Below, piece after piece: positions 1-12,800 of a stretch of 64,000 bases of DNA (positions are counted from its first letter, which is position 1; the number at the start of each line of letters is the position of its first letter). Under the pieces are notes generated by a model. That model was not told the DNA's origin and made no database searches. It saw only the letters and a list, made by a program, of their open reading frames with translations. Source of the stretch: Raillietiella orientalis (taxonomy: Eukaryota); assembly GCA_036172245.1 (NCBI GenBank), contig JAYWIR010000008.1, positions 1,488,001 through 1,552,000 of the forward strand. Direction: 5' to 3'. The position numbers and the translations under genes were made by a program.

Positions 1-648
1 TTCTGATTACTCCTCCTCATCCGTGAATGCATTCGCATTTTTAAAGACAACGCAGACAACGCAAAACTGCCGTGACAGTAAGGAAAATCCGTGCATTTTC
101 TCAAACGTAAACAGTCCTCGAAACGTAGATATTGAAAGCAACGAGGGTGTCGTTCCCACTTTTTCTTTTTCCTGCCAAGGCTGTAGTATCTCATGTGCGC
201 CGTTCTTGGTCGGCAGCTCAAAGATCAGTTCAGTCCCTAGCAATCAACTGATGTGCATGCTTGTTTGGAGAGAGACTCAGCAATGCATTCTTTGGAATGA
301 AACGGATGAGGGATGCTGAAAATAGGGGCTAATGTACGAAACATACATGGAAGAGTGTTGCGAGGTAATTTCTTGAATGCACTATAACAGGCGGCATGAA
401 TAGAAAAACAGGGAATTGGAACCGCGGACAGTCTACTCTTAGAAATCAGCATTTGTTTGTCAGCAAATATGCCACTTTATCTCATGAAGCATAGATGACT
501 TTCCTATCTATCTACTTGAAGATCCATTAGTACCTTTAAAAGAATACCAAAACTGACCAATTTAGCCATTGCATAAAGATACGAGGAGCAAATTTCTGAA
601 ACAAACAAAGAAAGAAAGAAAGAAAAAAAAACCCAGTAAGATACTCAC

Positions 649-772
649 ATATTTGCGCTTTTTACAACGTGTTTTCAAAAGCCCAGGAGAAAGTCTGATC
701 GCAATCTAATCTGATACCACCATCTTGCGCTACACCAAAAACCTATCTACAGAAATCAACGCATTAGCATAT
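649..772 (-). other. Candidate non-coding exon (124 nt)
   Basis: Minus strand CTCTTTTCTTTTTCGCAG|ATATGC...CAAATAT|GTGAGT, with stop codons in all three frames. Confidence 0.25.
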
Positions 773-900
773 CTGCGAAAAAGAAAAGAGTTGGGGTATT
801 CTGGGCTAACAACTAATAATGACACGCAAGACTGACAAGCCACGGAAATTCGATGTTTGGGAAGAACAAGATTTATTTCTCCAGGGTAACTAAAAAAGGA

Positions 901-916
901 AGAGAGAGAGAGAGAG
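901..916. repeat. (AG)8 microsatellite
   Basis: Read directly from the sequence. Confidence 0.95.
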
Positions 917-1071
917 AAAGAAGTTTCAGCAGCACGCTTCCAGATTTCAATAGGAAATGCAGTTTCTGGGTACATTAATCAATGAACATAAGTGATGAAA
1001 TTTATGATAAAATCTGCGCAAAGAATAATGAGAAACTGGTGTGGATTCCAATGAATGGAAACGAAACTTAC

Positions 1072-1117
1072 GTTGAATGGGATTTCTTCGAATAAATTAG
1101 GGAAGTTACACAATGGT
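1072..1117 (-). other. Candidate 46-nt exon
   Basis: Minus strand TTTACAG|ACCATTGTG...CCATTCAAC|GTAAGT. Two frames are open (PLCNFPNLFEEIPFN or HCVTSLIYSKKSHS). Product not recognised. Confidence 0.3.
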
Positions 1118-1980
1118 CTGTAAACGTATTAAGTGACGTTCTTGTGCATCTGTGGAATTTATCAGATACGAGCAGGAGGAAAAAAAAAAAAAAATTCACC
1201 GAGGCTTGTGATTCTAAACATCAGGACGAAAACCGAATTTAAAACTGCATCTATTCGAACAAGTGTCGAGAACCAATAATATCCACGTTAAAAGAAAATC
1301 GACTGCAAGGAAGAATTGGAAGATGCGAAGGAAAAAAAAAAAAAAAAAAGGTTGGAAAAAAGTACGAGGTCACATCCACGGAGCTGCGAAACGGTGGCAT
1401 TCGTGGAGACATCGCGTAAATGCAACGCAGCCAAAAGATTCGAAAGAGTAAACAAAAACACCGAGGTAAAGGTTCGCACAATGCGTGCTTTACACTGAAG
1501 ACATCAATACCTCTTAAGCAACTTCTGGCTGATTATTAAGATCAGAAGGGATCGTGTTGCCTCTGATTGCAAAAAGGATGGAACAAGTTGCACCAAGGAA
1601 GGGAATACAAATTAATTTTGCGCGGAGACAGGATTCAAGAGTGAATTCGTAAATTTGTCAGTACGAGATTGGATTCCCATTCTTCATTTGGACTGAAACA
1701 TCACTCCTCATTTCTAAACCTCTTAAAAGATTTGGGGAAGGGGGGAGAAAGAGAGAGAGAAAGGGGGGGGGAGGAAAGGGGAGGATAGGAAGAGTTTTTT
1801 TTCTTCTTTTTTTCCATTTTTACGCTGAGATGTTATGTAAAAAATAGGAAAAATCAACTGCAGCAACAATGAATTTTAAGTCTCATGAGATATGAGTTCA
1901 CTAATTGCGATAGGGAAACCATTAACCATCCCATTTCTTATTCTTTGATGCCCTGGCCAATTACATGCGAGGCCTCAAAG

Positions 1981-2017
1981 GAAGAAGAAGAAGAAGAAGA
2001 AGAAAAAAAAAAAAAAA
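1981..2017. repeat. (GAA)~8 microsatellite running into poly-A
   Basis: Read directly from the sequence. Confidence 0.95.
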
Positions 2018-5000
2018 GGAGAAGCAGGAAAAAAACCAGGCACATCAAGAGAATTCAGCTTTTCCTATGCTAAAAGCAAAAGATCAGCAGAGGACACGAA
2101 CGCTGAGACCAACAGAGGGGAATCGCAGCGTAAGAGCGGAGTGGCCTCAAGCAGGTCGGTGTGTCGGCAACTATCATCAAATGACATAAACCACCGCTGA
2201 AGCAGCCGACCGCTTGCCTGTGAGATCCAAAAGGATAACAGCACGGTAGGATCGGAAATCGAGATTCCCTTTTTGTTCGCTACAAGGCACTGAACATTAA
2301 TTTCCATTAAAGGACACTTTTCCCATGCTTGAACTCTTGAGAGTGACAAAAGCACGGATATCGGGGATAACCAGCATAAAAAAGAAAAACAGAACGGCAT
2401 GAGCAGATACCGATAAATCACCAGCTTCGTTTATTTTCACATTCCGATTTCTGGGGGAGAGAGGGGAAAGAAAAGAAAAGAAAAAAAAAAAAAATTGCTG
2501 GTAAAATAGGATCCTAAATAAGCACCGCCGCTTATTTAGGCGCAAAACAGAATCATGACGACGACAGGGGTAAACACTAAGCTGAATCGGAGGAGAGCAC
2601 AAGTTGATGTGAACAGAGTTCGATCTGATAGGGCACGAATCTCTGGAGTTAAGGCATAATTGGAGTACATTCTTGGGAGTTGGAACTCGAGGATGCAGCC
2701 GCTGTGATTCAACTGGATAAAAAAGTTTCCTGAGAAAGCACGATTTCAAAACTGCGCGCGCCCATGGCTTTACGAAAATCACGTCATGGTGTGTGGATGT
2801 GTGATACGCCATGTAGAGCCGCCAACATCATAAGTGCCCCCCCCCCCGATTCTGTACATTGCCCAAGACGTATTTCAATTTGTCCCGAGTTCTGAAGAAT
2901 GAGGTTATAAGGAGTAGCGCGCAGCAAGAGAAAATGTACGCCGCACAACTATTTACAGCAGTATTTAGGGAAGTGAACCAGAAAATGAAAAACGAGGCTC
3001 GAACCTCTTATAAATCATCCTCGATTATCTATTTCCTGCTTATGATAGAGTGTCGTGGACATACTTGGGAGCCTGGATTTCCTCGAAAAACTTCAAACGC
3101 GACAACAGCTGACGTTTCAGGCCTAACGATATAATTTGGAGTGGTCAGAACAGCAGTCGAAAACTGGATGCTAGTCTCTAGATGGTGGTCAAAAATGGGA
3201 AACCAGAAATTAGAACAAAACAGCAGCAAAAAGAGCCCCGTAATGCGCGAGACGACGACAGCACTCTTTTTTCTTTTCTTTTTTTTTTTTTCTTTTTTTT
3301 TTTTTACACGCGCCTGCTGCCTCAAACGAGTGAAAAAGACTCGAGCTGCTTTGCTTGAGATGCTTGCGACTGCGGTGGTGGGGGCCACTCTTTTTCCCGA
3401 ACTTTATTCGCCTTCTTCCTCCGAGTTCCATTTCCGACGTAGGAAGGTAGCTTTCAACTTCAAGGAATAAAATGAGAACAAAGTCGGGTTTCTGAAATCT
3501 TTCAGCCAAGCATCGTCTGCCCGGTGAACGATGCGATCAAGATTCAGAGACGCAATAAGTGAAAGCCAAAGCAAATTACGGTCGAGGAAGAACTGGGACG
3601 GATGTTTTAAAATGATATTATGATTATAGGAAAAGGACACTTTACACACTTGAGATACTTAGAGCATCATTCTACTTCACCGGTCCCATTCACGGATAAA
3701 CAGCGCAGATGTTCGCAATCCCATATATCAACGCGGTGTGCCTGCCCGACTCCAGAAATCCCCAATTCTGAATAACTGGAGAGTGAAATTTGCAACAGTC
3801 CAAACCATGCCGATGGCTTCCTTTTTTCCCCCGTCCAAGTTGCATCGAAAGAAGAGAAGTGGCCATTAAAAGATTTCCGACGAAGGCGCAAACTGATCTT
3901 TGTTATTTGCTAAGCAGATTTCCCCACATTTCCCGTTCGTCTCTCGAAGTGCACTGTTTGATAAATCTGGAAAACACGAGCACGTACACGCGCGTAAGTA
4001 CGTACACGCAAAATTTCCTCTAGTCGCAAGACCTTGAGCATCAGGAATGCACTCACGAACGAAGAGACCTGACTTGATTTTTTTTTTTTTTTCCAGATGC
4101 CCACTCTCCACTGGAAGAACATATTCATTTTCCGAAGAAATTGATTTTCCTTGATCCTATTAAATTAATAATAGAACGATAGATGTAGGCAGAACCTATC
4201 ACGAAATTGCTTTAGGGTTGACCTCGCGTGAACTGCACCACTGGCCCAGGGAGTGCTAACAATTCCCAGCGATTAGAATAATTCGAGATTGATGTTCCTC
4301 ATGATGCTAGGATGCAATCACAATCGATCGTGCTCGCATCAAATCAGTACATGTGTGTACTTAGGATTTTATTAAGCTGCGCTTAAGGCTCACTGGAAGA
4401 ATTCTGCATCTCAAGTGTTCCAAATCCCTCAATTTCTCCTCATAAATTTGGGCAGCAAGGACTTATTCAGCATTAAATTACAGGGAAACGACGGCTCTGT
4501 TTTGCTTTCAATCCATATGACCTCCAAAATGACAACTGTCTATCGTTACCGTGATGAGCAATCTTTTTCTTTTACTGTTCAGCAGTAAATAGTAGGTTAC
4601 ATTTCGACGTCCATGCATCAGGCAAAAACCAGCATTATTTAATGCCAAACAGACAACAGCAGGAAAAGTTTTCCATCAGCTGCTATCGCATGCCAGATCA
4701 ATCCGTAAGATTATAAAGGGCTAATTGCTTATTAAAACAGGCAGCGGTCCTCCGGTCTTTGTACTCGTGAGCACATGGCACCTCCGAAATCGTCAAAACG
4801 AGGAAGCAGAAGTCATGCATTAGAGTACATTATCCCCGATCCTTCCTTTCCATCTGCACGAACATCCGTCTCCTTGTTGGTGAATAAACAAAGACACATT
4901 ACGCGCCTCATATCTGGATTTAGGTTTTCGTAAATTTCCCGACTCTGGAATTTTTTTTGCCGAACAGGATACTCCCAACCGGAAAGGCATATGAGAAGCA

Positions 5001-5422
5001 ATTAGCATTCCTGATTTTCAAGGAATTTCTCGGAACGAAGGTGCCAAGAAATGGAGAAAGATCGCAAACCATGCGTAAATCGATACCCTCAATGAGGCCA
5101 AATCCAATTACCTTCAGGATGTGCGGGCGCAAAGGACAGAAAAATGTCAAAAATCTTCGTGTTCGGACAGTTCCGTCTGACGCCACAGATACTCAGAAGC
5201 CAGCTTGCCCGTGCATGCATGAATTATCATCAGAGAGAAAGGGATTCTTCTTGTACGCGGCACGGTTCGTCTTTGAAAAATTTCTTCTGACGCCACACGC
5301 GTTCTTTTCAACACAAATTTAATGTAATCCGCGAATCAGGAAAGTGCATCCGCTACCTTTTGAGGAAAATAGGAAATCTTAACGGTTCGTCCGCCGACCA
5401 CTGACCATCGCATGTTCCGAGG

Positions 5423-5442
5423 TACATACATACATACATACA
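5423..5442. repeat. (TACA)5 microsatellite
   Basis: Read directly from the sequence. Confidence 0.95.
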
Positions 5443-7667
5443 TGCGTATCGGGACGACACATGCATGTACGTGTGTCTGCTTGTGGCGCACGCGAACACT
5501 TCACGTTAAGCTGAATTCCTTCGCTACACCGAGGGAGTCATTTACGACAAACCGTCAGGATCGCTCCAGAACAGGAAAAACGAAATCACTCTCTCCGTGC
5601 ATGACAACTGCCGCTACTCGGGGCGAATCGTCGTCAATCTGGGATTACCAATTATCGAAACAGAACCTTAATTTATTTTCGCATCTACTTTTCCTCGCGA
5701 GCGATATAGGAAGTATACGCTGTTGAAAAGGCGATCTGCCCGGACGCTGGACACGAATCTCCGTGTCATCCAAAGTGTTTTCGAATAGGCAAACCACAGC
5801 ATAGCGTTTCTGTTGCAGCTAAGAAGCATAACAAGCAAAGAGGGAATCGCAGCATGACAACGAAATTGTTTTCACCCTGTCAAGTTTGCATCTCCTATTT
5901 TCGTCTCTGACGTGCAGGATATTGGAAGCTGGAAGCAGGCTCATTTTCGACCGAATACTCAGATCTCGAGTGTCGGGAGTCGAGAGTGCTCATCGAGAGC
6001 CGAATTCTTCCTCGATCCTCGCGGAGATTCTGCTGCAGAAGATTCGATCCCCGCAATCACGATTCATCCGCTTGGAAATCAGAGGGACTTGGTTTCACCT
6101 GCAAGCTTTCCTTGGTGAGGTGAGAGACTTCTGAACGAAAACGCAGGGGATAAAAATAGCACGTTTTCTTTCTTTTGCTTTCCTTACTTCGGAGAGGGAA
6201 AACAAAACAAATTCCCTGCTCACAAAGCCTTGGAGGGCCTGATCGATGTGAATACTCATTATTCGACAGGAATGCTCATTATTAATTAATGGATCATTCG
6301 TATTGCAACTGCTTCTCCGAGTAGTGGGCTGGTCTCAATAGCTTTCCGATCGGAGATAACGAAAGTGCAGGGACACACACACTCGTACGATGACTGCAAT
6401 AGGTGAGTAAGCGCAGGACTTGACGATAAATCTGATTCGAGACAGGCGCATTTGAGCTAATACTATGAAAAATTTTTTTTAGAAGGAAATCCACTTCGAC
6501 CGGTAGCGCTATCTGCCAGTCCCCAAGCCCTTAATTTGGTGAAGCCCAATACTTTATTGCTTGAAAAAACAGTGAAGTGCTGGGCTTCACCTGTGCTGCA
6601 AACCGAAAAGATCAACTATTAAAAACCGATCCCAATCTACCCTCCTTTCTCGGCGCGCGATTCTATTTAGAATGCATGAGAGAGAGATACGATTCGCGGT
6701 AGAAAACTGTGCACATACTACCTGTTGCGCAGACGGGCTCTGCAGCCTATCCGTGCACTTCCTCTTTCACCATGTACCAAGTTGACACGGCGACGTGACA
6801 AAGCGATTTCCGCTTATCGCAGCAAGACCATCATCTGAGCCATGATATCATTCAATGGAAATACCTATTCGCCAGCTTTACAGCAAAACTCTGAACCTCT
6901 CCTCCTCTTCTCCTTCAAGGAAAACGCGGACAGAAATGGGGCAGAGAGATCGCTACACACAGGACGATCGAACGCTTTCCTTCTTAGAATAAAAATCGGA
7001 AAGGAGTTGCTATTAGAAGGCACGCTTTGCAAAAATAGGAAGCGATCCTTTGGTGATTACAAAAGACACTTTTGGAACCTCCATTCCTTTGGTCCGGTCG
7101 TTCGCTTACACAGGTCAATTACTACACCGCAAAACATGGCTGTTAGTGTTCGCTTAATTACATGCTGGAGCTCTCTTTTCCATTAACAGCAGCAGGCGGA
7201 TTATACGCGCGCTATTCGTTCAACAAATTACGCAAGGCATATGATTTTCTCAGCAAAAGGGGAGGATATCGACATGAAAAACTTGGGTTTCCAACGGATG
7301 CTGTAAGAGTTGAGGCTACGCCCTTATGTGCCGAAAGAGCTGTCAGCGTGACAGAAAACAATAAAGCAAACAAAGTGCAGCATCTACAAGAAAACCGAGT
7401 GAAAACAGGGTGAGATCTTCTCAGGCGGTGTGCAGTTTGTTGTTACCTTTGACGAGAACAACCGATTACACCGAAGCGTCTGAAAACCTGGGCAAAGTTG
7501 TCTGTTCAACATCCGGATCCGTTCAGAAAGCTCGGATTTTTATTTAACAAATAATGGGAGGACACGCGACAACGATTCGAAAACACATCCACCACGGTCT
7601 CTCACATTTACATAGGAACAGGAACGCTAGCAGAGATATACAACCAACATAAATCAAAAGATGCAAA

Positions 7668-7706
7668 AAAGAAAGAAAGAAAGAAAGAAACACACACACA
7701 CACACA
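7668..7706. repeat. Compound (AAAG)n-(CA)8 microsatellite
   Basis: Read directly from the sequence. Confidence 0.95.
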
Positions 7707-9848
7707 AAAACACGCATTGTAATTGTCACTTGGAAATAGATACCAATTTTTTCCTCATCGTTCTGAACGATTTTCGTTAACTCGAGTCCTGCATGGAAAT
7801 TTCGAAAATTTACTGTTGAAACCGTTGGGAAAATGAAAGATCGCATGGCCGAAGCGTTTAACTTGAAACATGCACTTCCCCGGCCTCGAAAACCCAGACT
7901 TTTACAGACTCCATCTGTGCTACACCGCTAATCGATCTGACAATCATCCTTTCTTATTATTCTTATGCGCTCTGCCGTTTTCCAAGATGTGGGAAACTCA
8001 ATCAGTGTGCAGGCTCACTAGGCGAAGGATCATTACGAATATAATTCATAATGTTTTCAGCGGATACCAAGCACCGGGGGGACGTGCACACAGAGCTCGC
8101 CAAGTCACAAGTCATCCAGTTACGTAACATCACCCCACAGATATGCATACCACGTTAGTGCAACGGAGACAGTCGAATTTTCCGCGTGTTCGGAAAAACT
8201 TCCTCTTTCATGTTTATACGTACGTTTACCCTACGCTTGTAGGGCTTTTGCTTTGGAAAACGTACCCACCAATGACCAGCACGGACCGGAGACACCGAGA
8301 AAAATAAGCTTCTAGATTTCATAATTAGCATCCTAGTCGAATAGGCAATGCTGCTGGATTTCTAGATCACCTGCGACGTCATTAGCAATTCAAGCAGCTC
8401 CAAATGTTACGGAAGCGGAATGCCGGAGGGGGGTGGAAGGGGGAGGGGTGAGACATACAAAAATACAAGACCCACACTTATGTAAGAAACATTAGCAAGC
8501 CTTTGATTGCGCAATTACTTCACGAGTCATCTCGTGCGTTTTCCACTCATGCAGAAAAAGAAGAAAAAGCACTACAGGAGACCGACCATCCATGCTGTCA
8601 ACGAACAGAGCTGCATTCGAATTTTCAAGCAAGTTGCTCTGAGCTACCGTTTCTACATACGCACACTTCGTCGACTTTTGCAAAAACGAAGGAAGGTGCT
8701 GAGGTTCAAATAAAGAATGCCGATGCTCACCGTTTCGATCCTATCCGCAAACGGCCGGATGTGGCATTTACGATTGCATAATACGGCTTACACATACACA
8801 ACGATCAAATTCGCTGGAAACGGCGGAGAGAGGAGCAAAAGTCTCAGAAGAAAAAAAAAGAAAAGAAAAACACTTAACCGAAAGCATGTCGCACATTCAC
8901 GGCAAAATGAATTAAAGCAGAGACACGAATGAATACGGTAAGAGCAAAGAAGAGTGATTTCCGCCCTGTCACTCTTCCTTCTCTTGGTGAAGCAGCAAAC
9001 AAAAACGTGTGTTCCGACGACCATCGGCAAGCAGCGCGGTTACCAAGAATTTCCAAAAAACCAACCTTATTTCCTCCGGGAAGCTGCAGCAAAGTCAAAG
9101 ATCCCGCTGAGATCTTCACTACGGCATTCCAGCTTCGTCGAACTACTTCTGCGTTTTTTTTTTTTTTGTTTTTTTTTTTTTTTTGTGTGTGTGTGTTTTG
9201 TTATCGGCTTTGCCTTTTCATCGACGGCCCACCTCACTTGCACCACCACCGCTATCCAGTTGCGCACTGGAGCAGCGGCACGCAGCTCGGGGTTAATATT
9301 CGCCACTGCGCCTGCGCCCGCGACGGGCATTTCTGTTTGATTGAATGCACGCTGCAAAACAACCGCTCACTGTAGCGTGAACGATCATATTGGAAAGGAT
9401 GACAACAGATCGCAATCTTCCGAACCAGGAGCACGAAAGAATCGCCTTTTCTCCGAACGCACCGAGAGCTGCGAATGCTAATAATCTTCGAGCGGGAATT
9501 TTGTGACGAAGGAAGGGAAAAACGCGATCTGCAGAAGTTAGGAGGCTGCCCAGTGATCGGTTACTGTTTGCAGAAGTGTCGCAAGTGAGTGTTGTAACCA
9601 AAATAAGATAAGAAACAGATCCATCATCATAAGAGAGTGTGGGTGTCATTTACAACAATTTGTCAGCGACACCGTGCACCACGCTTTGTTCAGAGGAATT
9701 CGCGACGCTCGGAATCGTAAAATTAACGAGATTAACTGAGGAAACCGCAGGTTGTGAGCCTGCTGACAAATTTACAAAAAGTCACGAGGGGGAAGGGTTT
9801 CCTCTCTGCTCCCCTCCCCCATCCACCTCGCCAGCCTCCCCCTCCCCC

Positions 9849-9852
<4 letters not shown>

Positions 9853-9878
<26 letters not shown>
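9853..9878. repeat. (CT)13 microsatellite within a longer polypyrimidine tract
   Basis: Read directly from the sequence. Confidence 0.95.
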
Positions 9879-9879
<1 letters not shown>

Positions 9880-12800
9880 GGCGATTTGCAAGTTGCCTCA
9901 GACGAATGTTCGGGAAGCCGAAGGGAGGGGGGGAAAAAAGGGCGAAAAAACACAGGGAAGATATCTCTAGTCTTCTCATAGAAAGGAAAAAAAAAAAGAA
10001 AAGAAAAAAGCACGCCGTTGCGTGTTCCCGGTGTCGTTCGGTGCTGCTGATTTCAATTTCCCATTAAAATTGCTCACGATCAAGAAACATATGCATAGGA
10101 AATTGCGCTCGCTTTTTGACAATTTTTTCAATAACGATCGCAATAATAATAGAAATCTGATAATAGCATCGGTGATGATAACAGCAGCAGTTCCATTCAG
10201 TTTCTCGCTTCAGCGATGGCCAGAATCAGAGAGTTTCCTTCCTCAGATCCTTCCAGTCTGATACCCTCATTTGTACGGGAATGTTGCTGCTGCAATCACG
10301 GTGCCCGTCACGTCAGGGAGCTACCGAGGAAGACAGGGGAAGCAGCAGCGGCAGAAGGAGAAAGGAAGAAAGAGCAGACCGACGAACGACGACTGAGGAA
10401 CGCCGCCGCCCGGGATGCATGCATGCACGCCCGTTCCTTGCTGGCGTCCTGAACAGAGGGAAGGAGTATCAAGCTGCTGTTTTCATCCCTCGTATTTTCT
10501 CCTTCTTGTTCCCTCGTTTCTCTTGTGTTGCCACTGCTACGAAGAGAAAGATAACCGGCGGAAAGAAAAGTTTCCTGACGAGCTGACAACTCTCCCGACA
10601 CAAAGGTCGCTCCTTTATGATCAACCGCGCCATTCAGCCAACGCGGACCCAGGCACAATTTATTTTCGCAATTGTATCACAATAGTGACAGCTGCTTTTA
10701 AGGGTGCGTTGTTCAGACTATAAATTGGAGGGTGCCCGCTACGTTTGGTGCGCCGTGATTTGGCACCTGAGCCGTAGGACGGTTCCCGCGGAACGGTTCC
10801 TCTTCGCCGCGAAGAGGCAGGGCTGTAATAAAACCTTCCGATTGCCGGGAGACAAATAAAATAATTCTTGTGTGGCCGCAGCCCGCGTGGAAAGCGCCGT
10901 AGCTGCTGTTTACCTCTGTAGGTCGACCAAATATGACCGCTCGCAGTAGTCGAAGCAAGAAGAAACGGAAGGAAAAAACACAACGCTCGCGCTCGCACAT
11001 GCACGCACAAAAAACCCACGCTCGTCGGGTCGACTCCGATGCGCGCTTCGCCTTTCCCTCGGCTGTGCCGCTTATCCGCGTGGGCGGTTGGAGCCAAGAA
11101 AGACAGCAGCACTCCTTTCCCTCTTTCCGACGAGGAGTGCGGGACGCTTTCGGGCTACGTGCGGAAAGGAAAAGGGAAGGCTGGAGAAGAAAGCTCAAAG
11201 AATGCGCTAGAGAACGCAGATGCGTCGGCTCACGCATGTATCCGTGTTGGCGCGTGTGTCTGCGCAGCCCGGTCCACCACCCGCCCAAGGGAAGCATGGG
11301 TCGAGGCTTTTGTTCGCTGTCCGGTGATGGGTGCTCTCTGCTTTGGGAGTCGCCGGAACGGGGTGCCGGAGCAGCGTGCGCCGGAAGTTCTCACTCAGAG
11401 GCACCAGGGCAGACGCATGGAGAAAAACGGCGGAAGGAAGCTTCCTGCTACCTCCGAAAGCAGAAAAGACAGTAAAGAGGAGAGGAGCCGATACTCGTGT
11501 GCGTTCGAGGCATCTAGAGAGGAAGGTGTCGGGGGTCCTTCTTGACAACTTCTACACAAACAGGAAGATACATCTCTAGGAATCCATTTACTTTCATCCC
11601 TCTGCTATGTCATCTGGATGCACTCGGTGAACATTCCGACCTACGACTTCCCAGAGTTTCAAGGACAGGACTTGACTATTTCCTTCACTTGCAAGTGCAT
11701 GTGCAGCGAAAACAGGCGACTCAGAGAAGATGCGGAAGGAGGAAGCAAATGGGGAGGGGGGGAGGCGATTTGTGCCTTCTCTGAAGTTTCAGCGGGCTCT
11801 GTCTGCCAGAGCCTGAAGTCAAAGCCGCGAACGGGAGGCAGCCGCTAGCCGCTAGACGCACCCTAGACCCGAGATAGAGGGGGGAGGGGAGGGGAGCAAG
11901 CGCAGGGCGCCCGAAGGCAGGGGGAGGTGAAGATTTATCGGACCTGCGCTCCCGATAAGCATCAGCAGTAGGTCGTTACGCATTCCTCCGGAGGTTCGCC
12001 GGAGATTTATGGGGTAAACAGTGCTGGGGAGGGGCCTCTCCCGGCGCCCGCGATCCATCACGGAATGAGTTGCCAGTTGCCCCCGGCCGCTACCTCCACA
12101 GTGCCTACTTCCTACCTGCCCCTCCCCAGCTTCCCAGGAGGGACTGCCGCGCAAGACGCTACGCGACCAGGAAACACAGGGAAAAGAGGAGCAAACCCTA
12201 CCTCCCTTGTCCTACTGCAGCGCCTTCCGGTTTCGGAACAGATTGGAGAACAATCCGGTACCGTCGTTCCTCTTCCTCTTCCCCTTTCCACTGAACCCAG
12301 AGATTCTCATTTGACTCTCCTGCCATCTTAGAGACTGCCGGGAGATTCTACATGGCTATTCTTTCCTCTCTCTCCCCCCGACACGCATTAGAAAGGCTCC
12401 CTAGACCCGCCACCCTTCATTTTTGGGCTTGTAGTGCACAGAGTTGAAGGCGCACCCATATGGGAAGTCTAGGGAAATGTGTGACCTTGATTCCTGGATG
12501 TGTCCCAAGCCAACTGAAAGCGACCATCCAACGCTCCTGGGAAGGCAAGAGGGATTTGGGTGGATGCTCGCTCTTCTTGGAGAGGAGGAGGAGCTGCAGG
12601 AGGAGGAACGATGAGACCCGAGGTCAACCCTGGTGGCATTCCATTCCATCCCCTCTTGCGCTTCTAATTCCACTCTTGAGACAGAGGCGGGGAGGACAGA
12701 GAAGAGGGATGGGATAAATTTTCCGGAAAGAGGGGGAACGAGAATGGCTGTTGCTCCATCCAATCTTGCTTGACTCCCATCTTCTGTGCCTGACGAATAG

